Origin: Lama glama
Taxonomy: Eukaryota
DNA length: 60,000 bases
Reading direction: 5' to 3'
NCBI GenBank assembly: GCA_028534125.1
Contig: CM052816.1
Coordinates: 7,566,001 to 7,626,000 of the forward strand
The translations under genes and the position numbers were made by a program. The notes below the pieces were generated by a model. The model saw only the letters and a program-made list of their open reading frames with translations. It was not told the origin of the DNA and made no database searches. Below, piece by piece: positions 25,969-38,202 of the stretch; positions within the stretch are counted from its first letter, which is position 1, and every line of letters begins with the position of its first letter.

Positions 25969-26798
25969 GTAAACAAGCACGATGGAGGTCCCGAGGCACA
26001 GCAAGGGAGCCCTGAGAGAGGGGAGAGGTTGGGTGTCTGGGGAAGGGCTGGAGGCGAAGTAGTTCTCATCAGGTACCAGAAATAACTGACTCACGGCCAT
26101 CATTTATACGGTGCTTTGTTGGAGAAGGGGCTTACATTATCTTTCAAAGGTACACGACATATGTAAAATTGATGAGATGTATTTTGGAGCTTTTGTCATT
26201 TGTTCATTAAATCATTCAGTTAGTGAATATTTATTGAACAATGACTTTGTGCTGGGCACTCTGCCGAGCATTGGGGAATTACTATTGAGCAAAGACGGTA
26301 CTGGGAGAAATAGGCATATATTAATCACACAAATGCCTTCTCTGTGGATATACCATACCTTCCAGGTGTGTTGAGCCCCCACTATGTGCCAGTAACACGG
26401 CAGGAGTAGATACAGAGAATGTAAGACATAATTCCTGTTGTTTGGGGGAATATAGTGGGGAGCCAAGCATAGAAACACTATAATACACAGTGGATCAAAG
26501 CCATAAAGAAATAGAAAGCTGTAGAAGCCTAGAAGAGGGAGGGAGGGAAAGAGAACTCTGCCTAGGGGCATCAGGAAGTGCTCTGAGAACAAATGGGACA
26601 TTTAATCAAGGCACTAAAGGTTGAATAGGAGTTTCCCCAGACAGAAAGGGAGAAGGCAATAAAGGTGTATGCAAAGGTCCTGAGGCTACCAGTTACTGGC
26701 ATGTTCAGGGAACCGGCAGCAGTTGGGAATGGCTGGGCCTGTGAGTTCTGTCTCCTGAGGTTTCCTCTTCTAGTTAAGTCCCACTTCTTCCCCTTCAG

Positions 26799-26892
26799 GA
26801 CCTGTACGAGGCAGGGGAACTGAAATGGGGAACAGATGAAGCCCAGTTCATTTACATTTTGGGAAATCGCAGCAAGCAGCATCTTCGGTTGG
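26799..26892 (+). CDS. ANXA6: ANXA6 exon 9 (DLYEAGELKWGTDEAQFIYILGNRSKQHLRL)
   Basis: 94 nt, AG/GT, repeat 3 KWGTDE. Confidence 0.97.
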
Positions 26893-27316
26893 GTAAGCTC
26901 CAGAGAAGACCTATAGCTGCCCCCCTGGGGTTGGGCCAAGCATTCCTCTCTCTTTTCCTTTTCTGCTAATGAAGCGTGATAGCTGCTTCATCTTCAACCC
27001 AAGCACTGGTCCTGATGTTATAAGGCAGGGGTTTGTTTAGTCCCTGAGTGGAGGCACTCACAGGGTGTTCGGCCCTTCCATCTCAGCACCGGTCCCGTCT
27101 TCACGTTGGAGTGGGAGGCACACACAGCCCCTCGGCAGGCGCAGCATGACTGCGCAGTGGCTGTGACGCGCACGGCCTCCCTGCCACCTCCTAGGTGCCA
27201 ACCCTGCCTTCCGGGTGGCACTCCGTTCCTGGCCACTGTGCCTCCCCTTCTGCAGTCCCCGTTCCTTCCAGTGTTACGAGGGCATCTCAACACCCCTGTC
27301 TCTCTGTCTGGCCCAG

Positions 27317-27412
27317 TGTTTGATGAGTATCTGAAGACCACAGGGAAGCCGATCGAAGCCAGCATCCGAGGGGAGCTGTCCGGGGACTTTGAGAAGCTGA
27401 TGCTGGCTGTGG
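27317..27412 (+). CDS. ANXA6: ANXA6 exon 10 (VFDEYLKTTGKPIEASIRGELSGDFEKLMLAV)
   Basis: 96 nt, AG/GT. Confidence 0.97.
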
Positions 27413-28360
27413 GTACGTCCCGACGTTGCATTCCCAGGGCCTTCGAGGGATTCAGGGATTCTGGCCCAGGAATAAGGGGCTGAGAATGGGTAAAGGGGAA
27501 TTGCATGGTAGGGGGATGGGAGGGGGAAAACCAGATTGTTTGCCCTCAAGCCAGACATTCCAGGAGTCAGTATGTCTGAGCCTGGGGGTAGACTGTGTGT
27601 CTGTGCTTTGAGGGGAGAGCTGTGGCCCAGCCCTCATCTTCAAGCCCAGAACTGTCCCCCACCAAGACTATTTCAAGTAGCCAGGTCCTGGCCTGCTCTG
27701 CCAGCAGGATCCAGAGGTTCAGCCAGTGTCTTTCTGTCGGAGCAGAATCTAGAGAAACAGCTTTCCCAGCCCCACCCCAGATGCTTCCTGGGCCCAGTTC
27801 CCTGTGAAACCCTAAAGGTCTAGGAAGATGAAGTGGGTCTTTGCAGCGCCCTGCTGCATTACAATAGGCCCCCTTTCTGATTTATCTAGCCGCTGGGTTT
27901 GTGATTAAAGTGGGTGGGTCTGAAAAAAATAGCAACTAAATTTGCTCTGGAGGAGGAGAAGGAACGGGAAAGTACCGGAAATAAATAAGGATAGATTGAA
28001 TAATAGGATCTTATAGAGAATCATTCAGGGACTTAAGGAAAAAGGCTCTTATAGCTGAAACGGTAGATAATGAAGATAGCTTTAGAAGCCACATTTAAGA
28101 ATGATTAAATTAATGCATAATTACAAAGAAATTCCTTGTTTTCCTTTTAGTTATTCTGCTTATTTTTTTAAAGGAAATAAATATTTAAGGAAAAAAGTGG
28201 GTGGGTCTGGGGTGCTCTGGCCTGCGGGTTATCAGGAATTAAGGTTCTTGCCGGGTTTGAACTCGGTGGCCCCCAAGGAATGGGAACAAAGTAGGGTTCA
28301 GGCCACCCCGTCGTCCTTCCGAGGCAGCCGGAGTAACTACATCTTCCTCCCTGTTCTCAG

Positions 28361-28419
28361 TGAAGTGCATCCGGAGCACCCCCGAGTACTTTGCTGAAAG
28401 GCTGTTCAAGGCCATGAAG
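28361..28419 (+). CDS. ANXA6: ANXA6 exon 11 (VKCIRSTPEYFAERLFKAMK)
   Basis: 59 nt, AG/GT. Confidence 0.97.
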
Positions 28420-29434
28420 GTGCGTGGTGGGGTTGATGTGAATGAGGTGGGGGGAGGGGGCTCGGCCCACCCCCACAGGCCTGCCGGGACTCTTTGGCAA
28501 ATTCTTGGGGTCCATTAGCCAAAAGGAGCCCTCAAGGGATTGGCCACAGGACAGGGTGAGGGGACTTTGTCCCTGGTGAGCTCGAGAGCCTGGGAGGCTG
28601 CCTGGTCACACACCTTCCCACCCAGATACCTGCCCTGACCTCATGGTTGATCAGAGCGTGCAGTGACAGCCAGCCAGGTGGGTTGGAAGCCCATGCACTT
28701 AAAAAATACTAATTAACCAGAATGTTTATATATAGTGTACGTAAGTAAGTAAAAAATTATTAGCGTTGTCTGCTAAGATTCGTGATGTTCATCCCTGGGA
28801 CCCAGTGATTCCACTCTGGGTGTCGAGTGCTTCCCAGGGCTCGACACACACGACACCCAGGAACTCACGATGTTTCAGAGCACCCTGGGGTAAACGAATG
28901 CAGTTCTTTGCTGCCAGAGGTCGTAGGCCCGAAGTCCCTGCATGGCCATCCCACAAGGTCGAGCGGACTGCATGTAACCCACTCCCTGTCTTCCAGTGCC
29001 AGTGTGCGCTGGACATCGTCCCTGTAGAGATGTCTGTATGATGTGTTCAAAGGAACATTCCTAGCACCATTGTCCATATTATGAAAAAACTAGAAACAAC
29101 CCAACATCCTTCAGGAGTAGCATAGAAAAATAAATGCATTGTGGTATATTTACAAAGTTCCAAAATGTGCAAATCTAAACGATATATTGCTTAGAGTTAC
29201 AAAGTTAGGTAAAATTATAAAGGAAGTCAAGGATGGGAATGACTTGAGCGGGGAGGAAGGAGATGAGAGCGGGAGGGCCCCACAGGGAGCTTCAGAGGGT
29301 TTGGCAACGCTCTGCCTCTTTTGTTCTTAGCTTTAACATTTTATTACAAAAATTGTATTTGCAACTGAGCTGGGGACTGTCAGTATTCCAGCCTCCTCTC
29401 AACTCCCTGTCCCGCAAACCTGCTTGTCTTCCAG

Positions 29435-29557
29435 GGCCTGGGGACCCGGGACAACACTCTGATCCGCATCATGGTCTCCCGCAGTGAGCTGGACATGCTG
29501 GACATCCGGGAGATCTTCCGGACCAAGTATGAGAAGTCCCTGTACAGCATGATCAAG
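29435..29557 (+). CDS. ANXA6: ANXA6 exon 12 ([41 protein letters not shown])
   Basis: 123 nt, AG/GT. Confidence 0.97.
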
Positions 29558-29989
29558 GTGAGGCGCTCACGGGGGTGCAGAGAGGGCTGGGGAACCTTCC
29601 AGGAGAGAAGGCGCTGGCCTGGAATGCTGGGAGTCTCTTGGGAATTCCAGGAGCCCCTGCCTGTGGCACCTTAAGGGAATTTAAGGCAACTCAACAGAGA
29701 AGCGAGGGTCCAGGGTCCTGGTAAGACAGGAGGCGCCTCTTGAGAGGAAGGCAGGGCTGGGTCATGACGAGCACTAAGCACTCCATCCCTAGGGCAGTGA
29801 GAGTTCAGTCTCCCGGAGGCAGCGGGAGGCATTGAAGACCACAAAGGAGGGTCCGCTTGGGACCCGTTGGCCCTGGGCTGGGCGATGACTCTGGGCGCTC
29901 CAGCCGATGCGGCTTGGTCAGAGACAGACGTAGAGCTGCGTTGTTGCTCCTTGTTTTGGGTGACTGGAATAACGCTTTCTGAGTTCCCG

Positions 29990-30285
29990 CTGTGCTCCCC
30001 AAAGTGTGTTTCTAAAGAGGAGTTTTATAGGCATTACAAGCAAAAATGTCCCATGGGAAAGTGCTTGGAAAGAACTAGAATAAGCAACGATAAGTCAGTT
30101 TCTTCAGCTCAGAACTTCTCATAGCCTCGACTAGGTCATGTCCATTACAAAGCTCCAAGAGGGACAGAGAATGCGGCACGTCTGTGAAATGCACATTTGC
30201 TTGCTTGGTTTTGGCATTTATCAGGTTTTTGGTCATAGAGCCCTGTTTTCATGGACTGTTTCCCTTCGGAGGACTGGGCTGGGGA
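29990..30285. mobile_element. MER103C-like hAT-Charlie relic
   Basis: cccaaagtgtgtttc...aacttctcatagcct...ctccaagaggg...tggtcatagagccctgtttt resembles MER103C. Confidence 0.55.
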
Positions 30286-30296
30286 TTATCTGGTGG

Positions 30297-30527
30297 CAGG
30301 GGTGTGCTGGGGCCAGCTCGCACTGGCTTGGGAAAGCATCTCTTCTTAATTCCACATTCAGTGAGATGTTGGTAGCTTGGAATTGTCCATTGAAAGTTTT
30401 ACACCATGGAGATTGGCAGGTGCTACAAATCCAGGCTGTTGGCTGGCTTGCTTTTCTTCTTTCTCTCTCTCTTTCTTCCTTTTATTCCCAAAGAGCCAGT
30501 TGTTAAATAGTTACCGGCACACCACTG
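30297..30527 (+). mobile_element. MER63A-like hAT-Blackjack relic
   Basis: Terminal inverted repeats caggggtgtgctgg / ccggcacaccactg; internal gttggtagcttggaa, gctacaaatc, gagccagttgttaaa. Confidence 0.8.
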
Positions 30528-30687
30528 TTTGGTCTCAGTCACCTCTAGACAAGGGGAGAGTCAGGGCTGCTGTGAATACGTGGTCAGCCTCCCCCCTATT
30601 TGGGGCTATTCAGAGCCTTCCCTCCTTGTCTGAGAATCTCGGCGCTGGGCGAGACGTGGTAACCTTTCTCTCTCTCTGTCTCCCCAG

Positions 30688-30746
30688 AATGACACCTCTG
30701 GCGAGTACAAGAAGGCTCTGCTGAAGCTGTGTGGGGGAGACGATGA
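30688..30746 (+). CDS. ANXA6: ANXA6 exon 13 (NDTSGEYKKALLKLCGGDD-D), end of N-terminal lobe
   Basis: 59 nt, AG/GTAAGT. Confidence 0.97.
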
Positions 30747-31888
30747 GTAAGTGGCCGCTTGGCCCTGGGGGGTGGGGAGTGGCCTCAGGTGTAGCGGGGC
30801 CGGATTCTCCTGGTCTCATCCTGCTGAATGGGTGGATGGACTGGATGGGCTTGGGGGTTCCTCAGAGGCAGGAGCAGCGCAGGTGAAAGTGTGAGTGTGC
30901 GTGTATGTGAGCGGGAGTATGGTCTCCCTTATGTGGAGACGCCTGCTCTTGTGAATTTGGAAATCAGTCCGGGGGTGTGGACCAGGAATCAGAATATGAG
31001 GGTCTAAGCCCTGCTACTTACTGCATAGCTGCTTCTCACTTTTTCTCACCCGGTAAATGGATAAAATACAGATGGCTGCTCTGGCTACTCGTTTATTCAG
31101 CCTGCCTGTATGAAGTGCTCCCCGAGTGCAGGTGTTGTGGGGAAGTCATGATGAAGCCCGCAGTCTAGAAAGGCGCACAGACCAGGGCGTGCTTACGGGG
31201 CAGCCCTGTAACCAGGGAAGGTACACGTGCCTCTGAAAGCACACGCAGGTGCGCTATGCCAGACTCGGGGGAGGCTCCCAAAGATAATGAGGCTGAGGCG
31301 AGGAGGAGGTGAAGGCGGGGCCTGGAGGGAGAGTGTTTGGGCTGCAAAGAAGGCCTAGAGATGAAAAGGCACAGCCTGGCTCATGCACGTGACTGAGGTC
31401 ACACTTTTGTAGCGTGCAGGGAGAGACGAGGCCAAGAGGTACAGGGCCTGGGGCCCCTTCCTGGCATATGAACCTTGCCTAAGTGCAGCAGAGAGCCATT
31501 GGGGGATTAAACTGGGGTATGACTTGACCAGGTGTGTGTGCTAGGAAGGGAATTTCAGATACCCTGATTTCCCTTCTCTGAGGCTTGTAAGGATCCAGTG
31601 AAGTAGGAGATAGGAGAGCCTCCTGTTTGCCTTTGGTAGGTGCCTGGGGCTGGCTCAGCTCAGCAGAGAGTTCCCTAGGGACTAAAACACCCAGGTGCTT
31701 TGCAGGAAGACAAGGGGAGACAGCATGGCCATAAGCTGGTCTTGGGCATGTTTGAGAGGGGAGACTGGGATGGAAGTCGCTCAAATCGTAAGGAAGAAAG
31801 GGGAGGTGGAAGGATTGGAGAAATCCTCTCCTGCGTGGGACCTGGGGTCAGGAAGACCGCTGGCCAGAGCCAGCATTGCAGAGGGTGG

Positions 31889-32388
31889 NNNNNNNNNNNN
31901 NNNNNNNNNNNNNNNNNNNNNNNNNNNNNNNNNNNNNNNNNNNNNNNNNNNNNNNNNNNNNNNNNNNNNNNNNNNNNNNNNNNNNNNNNNNNNNNNNNNN
32001 NNNNNNNNNNNNNNNNNNNNNNNNNNNNNNNNNNNNNNNNNNNNNNNNNNNNNNNNNNNNNNNNNNNNNNNNNNNNNNNNNNNNNNNNNNNNNNNNNNNN
32101 NNNNNNNNNNNNNNNNNNNNNNNNNNNNNNNNNNNNNNNNNNNNNNNNNNNNNNNNNNNNNNNNNNNNNNNNNNNNNNNNNNNNNNNNNNNNNNNNNNNN
32201 NNNNNNNNNNNNNNNNNNNNNNNNNNNNNNNNNNNNNNNNNNNNNNNNNNNNNNNNNNNNNNNNNNNNNNNNNNNNNNNNNNNNNNNNNNNNNNNNNNNN
32301 NNNNNNNNNNNNNNNNNNNNNNNNNNNNNNNNNNNNNNNNNNNNNNNNNNNNNNNNNNNNNNNNNNNNNNNNNNNNNNNNNNNNNNNN
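31889..32388. other. Assembly gap (exactly 500 N), expected location of ANXA6 exon 14
   Basis: Run of N; the linker exon was not found in the flanking sequence. Confidence 0.95.
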
Positions 32389-32789
32389 GATTCTGCATTA
32401 ACCTCTAACACGCTGGGAAGGGTTCTGGCCCACTAACTACTAACAGGCCTTGCTGAATGGAGACCTGGGTTGGTTCTTTGCAGGGGCCCATCCCATCCTG
32501 GGTTTGGAGGCATGGAAGCTGAGAACAGATGGGCACCTCTGGGTGCACTGGAGGATTCTGGGTCCCCCTGACCAGCCTCAGGCCCAGGGTCCACAAAGGG
32601 CAAGAATGAAAGTTTCACAGACGTACTCAGGGCAAATCAGTCCAGGGACGAATAGTACTTGGCCCCTACAAAAATGTCCGGTACCTCGGGCTGTGTCACT
32701 GACTCGCTGTGCCGCCTTTGGCCAGACTCCAGCTCTAAACTGAGGGAGTTAGACGTGCCAGCCTGGATGGCCTCCAGGATGCTCTAGGA

Positions 32790-33478
32790 CAGCGCTTCCC
32801 AAATCACAAGGCAAGGGCTGTCATTGCAGACCGTCTTAAATCATATGAGAAATGAATTGAGTTTTTGGCGGGGGGACATCCATGGCATTAGGTAACACTG
32901 AACCTCACACAGAGAGAAAGCTACTCCTCGGGGGTTCCATCAACCTTGCTGCTTATGTCAAAGAAGGAGGCTTAGTTTGGTGCCACATCCCTGCCACAGT
33001 CGCTGGTTTTCCTGTTTCACAAAGAGCTGAGAGAGCTAGCTTCAAGTTTAGAGCTTCTGGCTAGCAGTGGTGTCTGTTATATTTGATGATATTTTAAAAT
33101 ATGGGGTTTTTTTTTTTGGTTTTATGACATTTATTTTCATGGATTATTGTCTGTTATGGTGCATGCCACCAACTTTCTATTCATGATAGTGAAAGAAAGT
33201 TGTTTTCATTCATTAATTCATTGAATAAATATTTTTTGAGTGCTTACTCCCGTGTCGGGCACTGCTGTGGGCACTTGGGAAATATCAAAGAACAGGACAA
33301 AACTCCTTGCCCTTTCGGAGTATTCAAATGCACTTCAAAATGAATGCATTCAAGTAAAATAGAAAAAAAGTTGAATTAGCTGAATCAAGTTAAAATATTA
33401 GAAAACAGCATAAAGTGCACACAATATGGAAAACTTTATGAAGATCATTCAGGAGTGACTGAAATTTGGGCAGCTCTG
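32790..33478. mobile_element. Old hAT-Charlie relic (MER113-like) with an internal L2 piece
   Basis: Ends cagcgcttcccaaa / gactgaaatttgggcagctctg look like Charlie TIRs; family name uncertain. Confidence 0.45.
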
Positions 33479-33868
33479 TTCTGGTATTTGAGAACATTTC
33501 AGTTGCCTTTTCAGGGAGAGTGTTTCTTTGAGAGGCAGGAGGGCCTTGGGGACAGGGCAGGGGTCTGAGGGGCTGGGAGCCAGTGGAGCCAGGTGAGAGC
33601 TGACTCCTGGGGCAGGAGCCCGGCCACTCTTCCCTTGACAATGCTTGCCTTGCTCCCAGGCCTGGGCCCGTGGCTCTCTCTCTCTCTTTCTCTCTCTCAG
33701 CTCTAGGCAGGGGTCTGTCTGCTGTGCCTTCACCCCCGCCTCTTTCCCCCCAAGCTGCTTGGTTTGGGGCTCATGGGGACAGCCCCCTCTCCCTCGCATG
33801 CTCCTCTCTTGGCCTGGCCCCCTGGGGGGCCCCCAGACACTTGCTGAGTCATCTTCTGCTTCTTGCAG

Positions 33869-33950
33869 CTGAAAGGAACCGTGCACCCAGCCAGGGACTT
33901 CAACCCCGATGCAGATGCCAAAGCATTGCGGAAGGCCATGAAGGGGCTTG
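33869..33950 (+). CDS. ANXA6: ANXA6 exon 15 (LKGTVHPARDFNPDADAKALRKAMKGL-G)
   Basis: 82 nt, AG/GT, start of C-terminal lobe. Confidence 0.97.
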
Positions 33951-34287
33951 GTAAGGGGCCCATGAAAGGGGCCGGGCTGGCCTGTGGGGCCACCCTCCTG
34001 GAGCCTCCAACTCCCTGAGTGTAGGAGGAGGGGAGTGAGGGGGTTTGTAAGGAAGTTGGCACCAGCCCTTCCTGGAGACCAGTGTGCTCCCAGGCTCTCA
34101 AGAGCATTGTCCTGGTGTAGAGGAAAGACTGGCTGATAAGGCCTGGGGTTTTGCTTGGGCTTTGCTGCTGACTCACTGTGTGACTTTGGGCAAGTCCCTT
34201 AACTCACCTGGGTCTCAGTATCCCCATGCATAAAATAAGGAATGTGGACCCTGAATCTTAAGATCTCAAATTCTCGGGGGCGGTGGG

Positions 34288-34305
34288 AGCGCCCCCTGCT
34301 GGTCA
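34288..34305 (-). promoter_or_regulatory. CTCF core motif
   Basis: Reverse complement TGACCAGCAGGGGGCGCT is a near-consensus CCASYAGRKGGCRS match; binding untested. Confidence 0.6.
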
Positions 34306-35109
34306 CCCACTTCCAGGCCTCTATTTGTCCCTGGTGAGAAGACCCACCTGTGGGTGGATGGCTGTCCTCAGGAAGGCCAGCGGGGACAGAGCATCTGGGG
34401 TTTGACTTCCATTGCTCTCCCCGCTTCCCGCTCCCCGCTCTGTCTAACAGCACCTCCCAGGGGGCCTTGGGTCAAGTCCTTTACCTTCCAGGCCTCATTT
34501 TCATTTGTCTCATGGGAATAATAATATCTACCAAGCACATCTGGGACTGTAAGGTGACAGGGCTAAAAATGCTCTTGACACATCGAGTCCTGTGCCAGGT
34601 CTGAAGCTGACAGCATTAACCTGAGGGGCAGGGAGTGTCTTCCGGAGTCAACCTGCTGTGGTTAGAGGGGCTGTCCAGGAGTTGCAGAGAAAGGACATAG
34701 GGTTCCCAAGGGGACTTAGGTTGTCGGGTTGGAAGAATGCCTTAATAACCCCCCAGCTCTTCACGATACAGGTGTGGAAATCGAGTCCCAGAAAGAGGAG
34801 GGGGCTTGCCCAAGGGGACAGCCATTTTCAGAGCCAGGACTAGAACTCAGAGGCCCTGACACTCAACCCAGTTGTCTCTGCTCCCCCAGGGGTCTTTTTT
34901 CTCAACCTGTGACATGACAGAAGGAAGTACAGAAAGGAATCCAGGGGAAGTTAGTGGCTTGGGCCAGAAGCAAGGCTCCTGCAGGGGCTTGGGGACGAGG
35001 CTGCCTAGCCCGGTCTCTCCCCTGACAAAGGATGGATGGGGCCCATTCCTGGGGGAGATGGGGAAGCTGGGCCTAGGCCTTCCTCTGAGCTGTGGCTTTG
35101 GGGACTCAG

Positions 35110-35204
35110 GGACTGACGAGGACACCATCATCAACATCATCACGCACCGCAGCAACGCCCAGCGGCAGCAGATCCGGCAGGCCTTCAAGTCTCACTTCGG
35201 CCGG
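35110..35204 (+). CDS. ANXA6: ANXA6 exon 16 ([31 protein letters not shown])
   Basis: 95 nt, AG/GT. Confidence 0.97.
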
Positions 35205-35828
35205 GTAAGGACCTCCGCCTGGACCGCCGGCCCTGCATCCATGCTCCTCCTCTGGGGGGCTCGGCCTGTCACAGCCAGTTCTGCGCCTGCGCCTTCATGG
35301 CAGTGGGACCTCCTGTGGCCCCGTGTTCCTGGAGTGTGTCCAGCGCTGGATTTGGGCTGCCTGTACACCCATCTCCTCCCCCCACGTTCCTTGTGATCAG
35401 CAGCAGCTGTGTGACTGGCTCCGCTTGGGGCTGAGATCCCGGATGAGTTGTTTTCACACAGCACTTTCGGCAGCTCACAGTTCCCCTGGCACAGAGAGGC
35501 TTCAAGGCCCCAAGGCTGAGTGTCAGTGATTATTGTGCCTTAGTGTTGTCTAGTTTTTCTGGCGAGTTTTCCCCAGGGTGGAAACGGCCCTGCCCCCTTT
35601 GCTTCCCTGTCTCCTGCCTCCAAGGAGAGCGGGTCTTCTTCCTGCTTGGGTTTTTCCCACCCGCTTTGGCTTCCTCAACAGTGAGCCCAACACCAGCCAG
35701 GGCAGACCCAGGCTCCCACGATCCCTGCATCCACGGGGAACCCTGCCTCCTCTTTCCACTTCTCCCTGTCCCAGGTCATGTGTGGGCAAGTGCTGATGTT
35801 GGCATGACTTTGGCTCTGCCCTTTACAG

Positions 35829-35942
35829 GACTTGATGGCTGACCTGAAGTCTGAGATCTCCGGAGACCTGGCGAGGCTGATTCTGGGACTGATGATGCCA
35901 CCAGCCCATTACGACGCCAAGCAGTTGAAGAAGGCCATGGAG
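35829..35942 (+). CDS. ANXA6: ANXA6 exon 17 (DLMADLKSEISGDLARLILGLMMPPAHYDAKQLKKAME)
   Basis: 114 nt, AG/GT. Confidence 0.97.
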
Positions 35943-37256
35943 GTAAGGTGTGGGCACCAAGGGCGTGGGGTCCAGACTGTGCAGGTGCTGGGGGGGAGCA
36001 GGCGTGCCTCCCAAGCCCAGGTGGGTTGGCTGTAACTCCTTGGTAGAGCCCCTCCCACATCTATCCTGGGTTGAGTTAGTTAGCTCAGTTACTTATCTCG
36101 TTAAGCCACCAGGCAAGTCTTCTATTTTGTCCCCATTTTACTGAGCCTTGGGGCTTAAGTTTCTTGGTCAAAGTCACAGCATTGGAAAGTAGCAAAGCTA
36201 GAATTTGGACCAAGTCTGTCTGACGCCAGAGGCTGAGTTGACAACCACATGAATCCACTAGAACTTTTGGCTCCTAAAGGATTAAGAGGAGAACAGACGT
36301 TCCCTGGGCAAAGCAAATTGAGATTGTTGTCCTTTTAAAGTTCCTGCACAAAAAAGTAAATGACTTAAAAACATGGAATTAGGAGAAGGATCGGGTAGAC
36401 CGTGTGTCTCAGGACACTGAGGATAAGGCTGTCCTCACCACATGCCAGCTTTTAATAAAGAGATCACTGAAGATCTCCTTCAGATCGGAGAACATAGGGA
36501 CCGGACCGCTGAACACTGGGCAGTCACCTCCCAGGACAGAGAATGTGTCTTACTTTTTTTTTTATAGTCGTTAACCCAGCAGCTCGCAGAGACTGGCATG
36601 CAACGGGTGTTTAACAGATACATGAATCTATGAATCAGTCAACCGGCCTTGTTCGCCTCTCTTCCCTCCCGCAAAGTGGGGACCTTAGAGTAATGGGTTC
36701 CCCAAGCTGCCTCAGTCCACATAGCATCCATTAAATCCAACAAATATCACTTGTTGTTTTCCTCAAAGCCCAGAACTTTGTTTCTTCCGACAAGTACGTT
36801 TTTCACCAGGAAAATACACTCAAAGCAAAGAAGGGGACAGAAACCACCCGTGACCCTTCACCCACCCAGAGACCCCAGCCACTGTTACCTTGTGATGTGT
36901 GTCCTCTGTCCTTTTTATGCATTTATATATATAAGTGTTTATACTCAGATACATATATGTATATGCATTTTCATAAATGCATATCCATATACAATATATT
37001 CTTTTAAAAATTTTTATTCCAAAGCATTTCTCATGGGAGGGTCTGGAAATCTTGACAAGCTGGCATGGTCAGCCTTGATTGTGCCAAGATCTGGTCTGGG
37101 GGCCACGTCTAGGGTAAAGAGAAAATCCAGGAAGGCTTGGCCTGAGTTTTCACCTGTGCGGTTTCTTGGAGCAGGGGTCTCCTTGGTCTGGGCCCCTCAG
37201 GCCTCTGCACGGGGATCGGGGCTGTGGATCACATCCTCTGTACCGTGATCTTCTAG

Positions 37257-37347
37257 GGAGCCGGCACAGACGAACAGGCTCTCATCGAAATCCTAGCCAC
37301 TCGGACCAATGCAGAAATCCGGGCCATCAACGAGGCCTATAAGGAGG
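37257..37347 (+). CDS. ANXA6: ANXA6 exon 18 ([30 protein letters not shown])
   Basis: 91 nt, AG/GT. Confidence 0.97.
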
Positions 37348-37571
37348 GTGAGTGTTGGGGACAGTGCAAGAAGAGCCGGGCCCCCGGCTCCTGACCTCAC
37401 CCCACAGCCCTGCCCCTCTCCCTTCTCCCAGGCCACGAGGCTTTGATAAGCCCCTTGGGTGTGTATCTGGGGTAAGGGTGCCTCAGACAGAGTCCCAGCA
37501 GGACAAAGGCCTGGAGGTAGATGAGGGTTTGGCTGGGAGTGAGGGAGAGAGCATCTGGGCTGCTGGAGAGG

Positions 37572-37705
37572 AAGGGCGGCTTTGTGGGCGCGCGGCCTGT
37601 GTGGTCACACAGGGCCCACGCTGGCCAAGCCCCATGCCTGGTTGCATTCTGTGCTATAGCCATCTTGAAATTCTAAGTAATTTTTTTAACGAGGGATCCC
37701 GTATT
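37572..37705 (+). mobile_element. MER45A-like hAT relic
   Basis: agggcggctttgtgggcg...cacagggccc...gccatcttgaaattctaagtaattttt. Confidence 0.65.
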
Positions 37706-38122
37706 ATTCTGGAACACCTTAGTGTCAGTCAGAAACATTTAAGCTCTTTCCTTTGTAAGCCGCTTTAAAATGATAGAATCTCTGAGCAGGGCAGTGACGT
37801 GATCAGAGCCGTGCTCTTGGGTCTAGTAACTACCCTGCAGGAAGGAAGGTAGGAGAGGGAGTGAAGACAGGGAGGTTGTTGTATGGGAAGGGGAGATGCA
37901 GTGAGACTCAGCAGGGACAGGAGCTCAGGGAGGTGATGGACCGGTGGGCACCTCACCATCAAAACCAACAGCAAGATGGCTAGGTGCCCCCAAGAACCAA
38001 CTACAAACTCCTTCGTTCCCGCCACCCCAGCCAACACTGGTCTGGCTTAAGTCTGAGCTTCTAGGACCCCCTTTCCCCACATCCTTGACCAGCAGCTGCC
38101 CACACCCCTTTCTCTGTCTCAG

Positions 38123-38202
38123 ACTATCACAAGTCCCTGGAGGATGCGCTGAGCTCAGACACATCAGGCCACTTTAAGAGGATCCTCATCTCTCTGGCTA
38201 CG
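38123..38202 (+). CDS. ANXA6: ANXA6 exon 19 (DYHKSLEDALSSDTSGHFKRILISLAT)
   Basis: 80 nt, AG/GT. Confidence 0.97.

Noticed and set aside
31695..32436. Long ORFs across gap 2
   Set aside because: Artifacts of translating N runs
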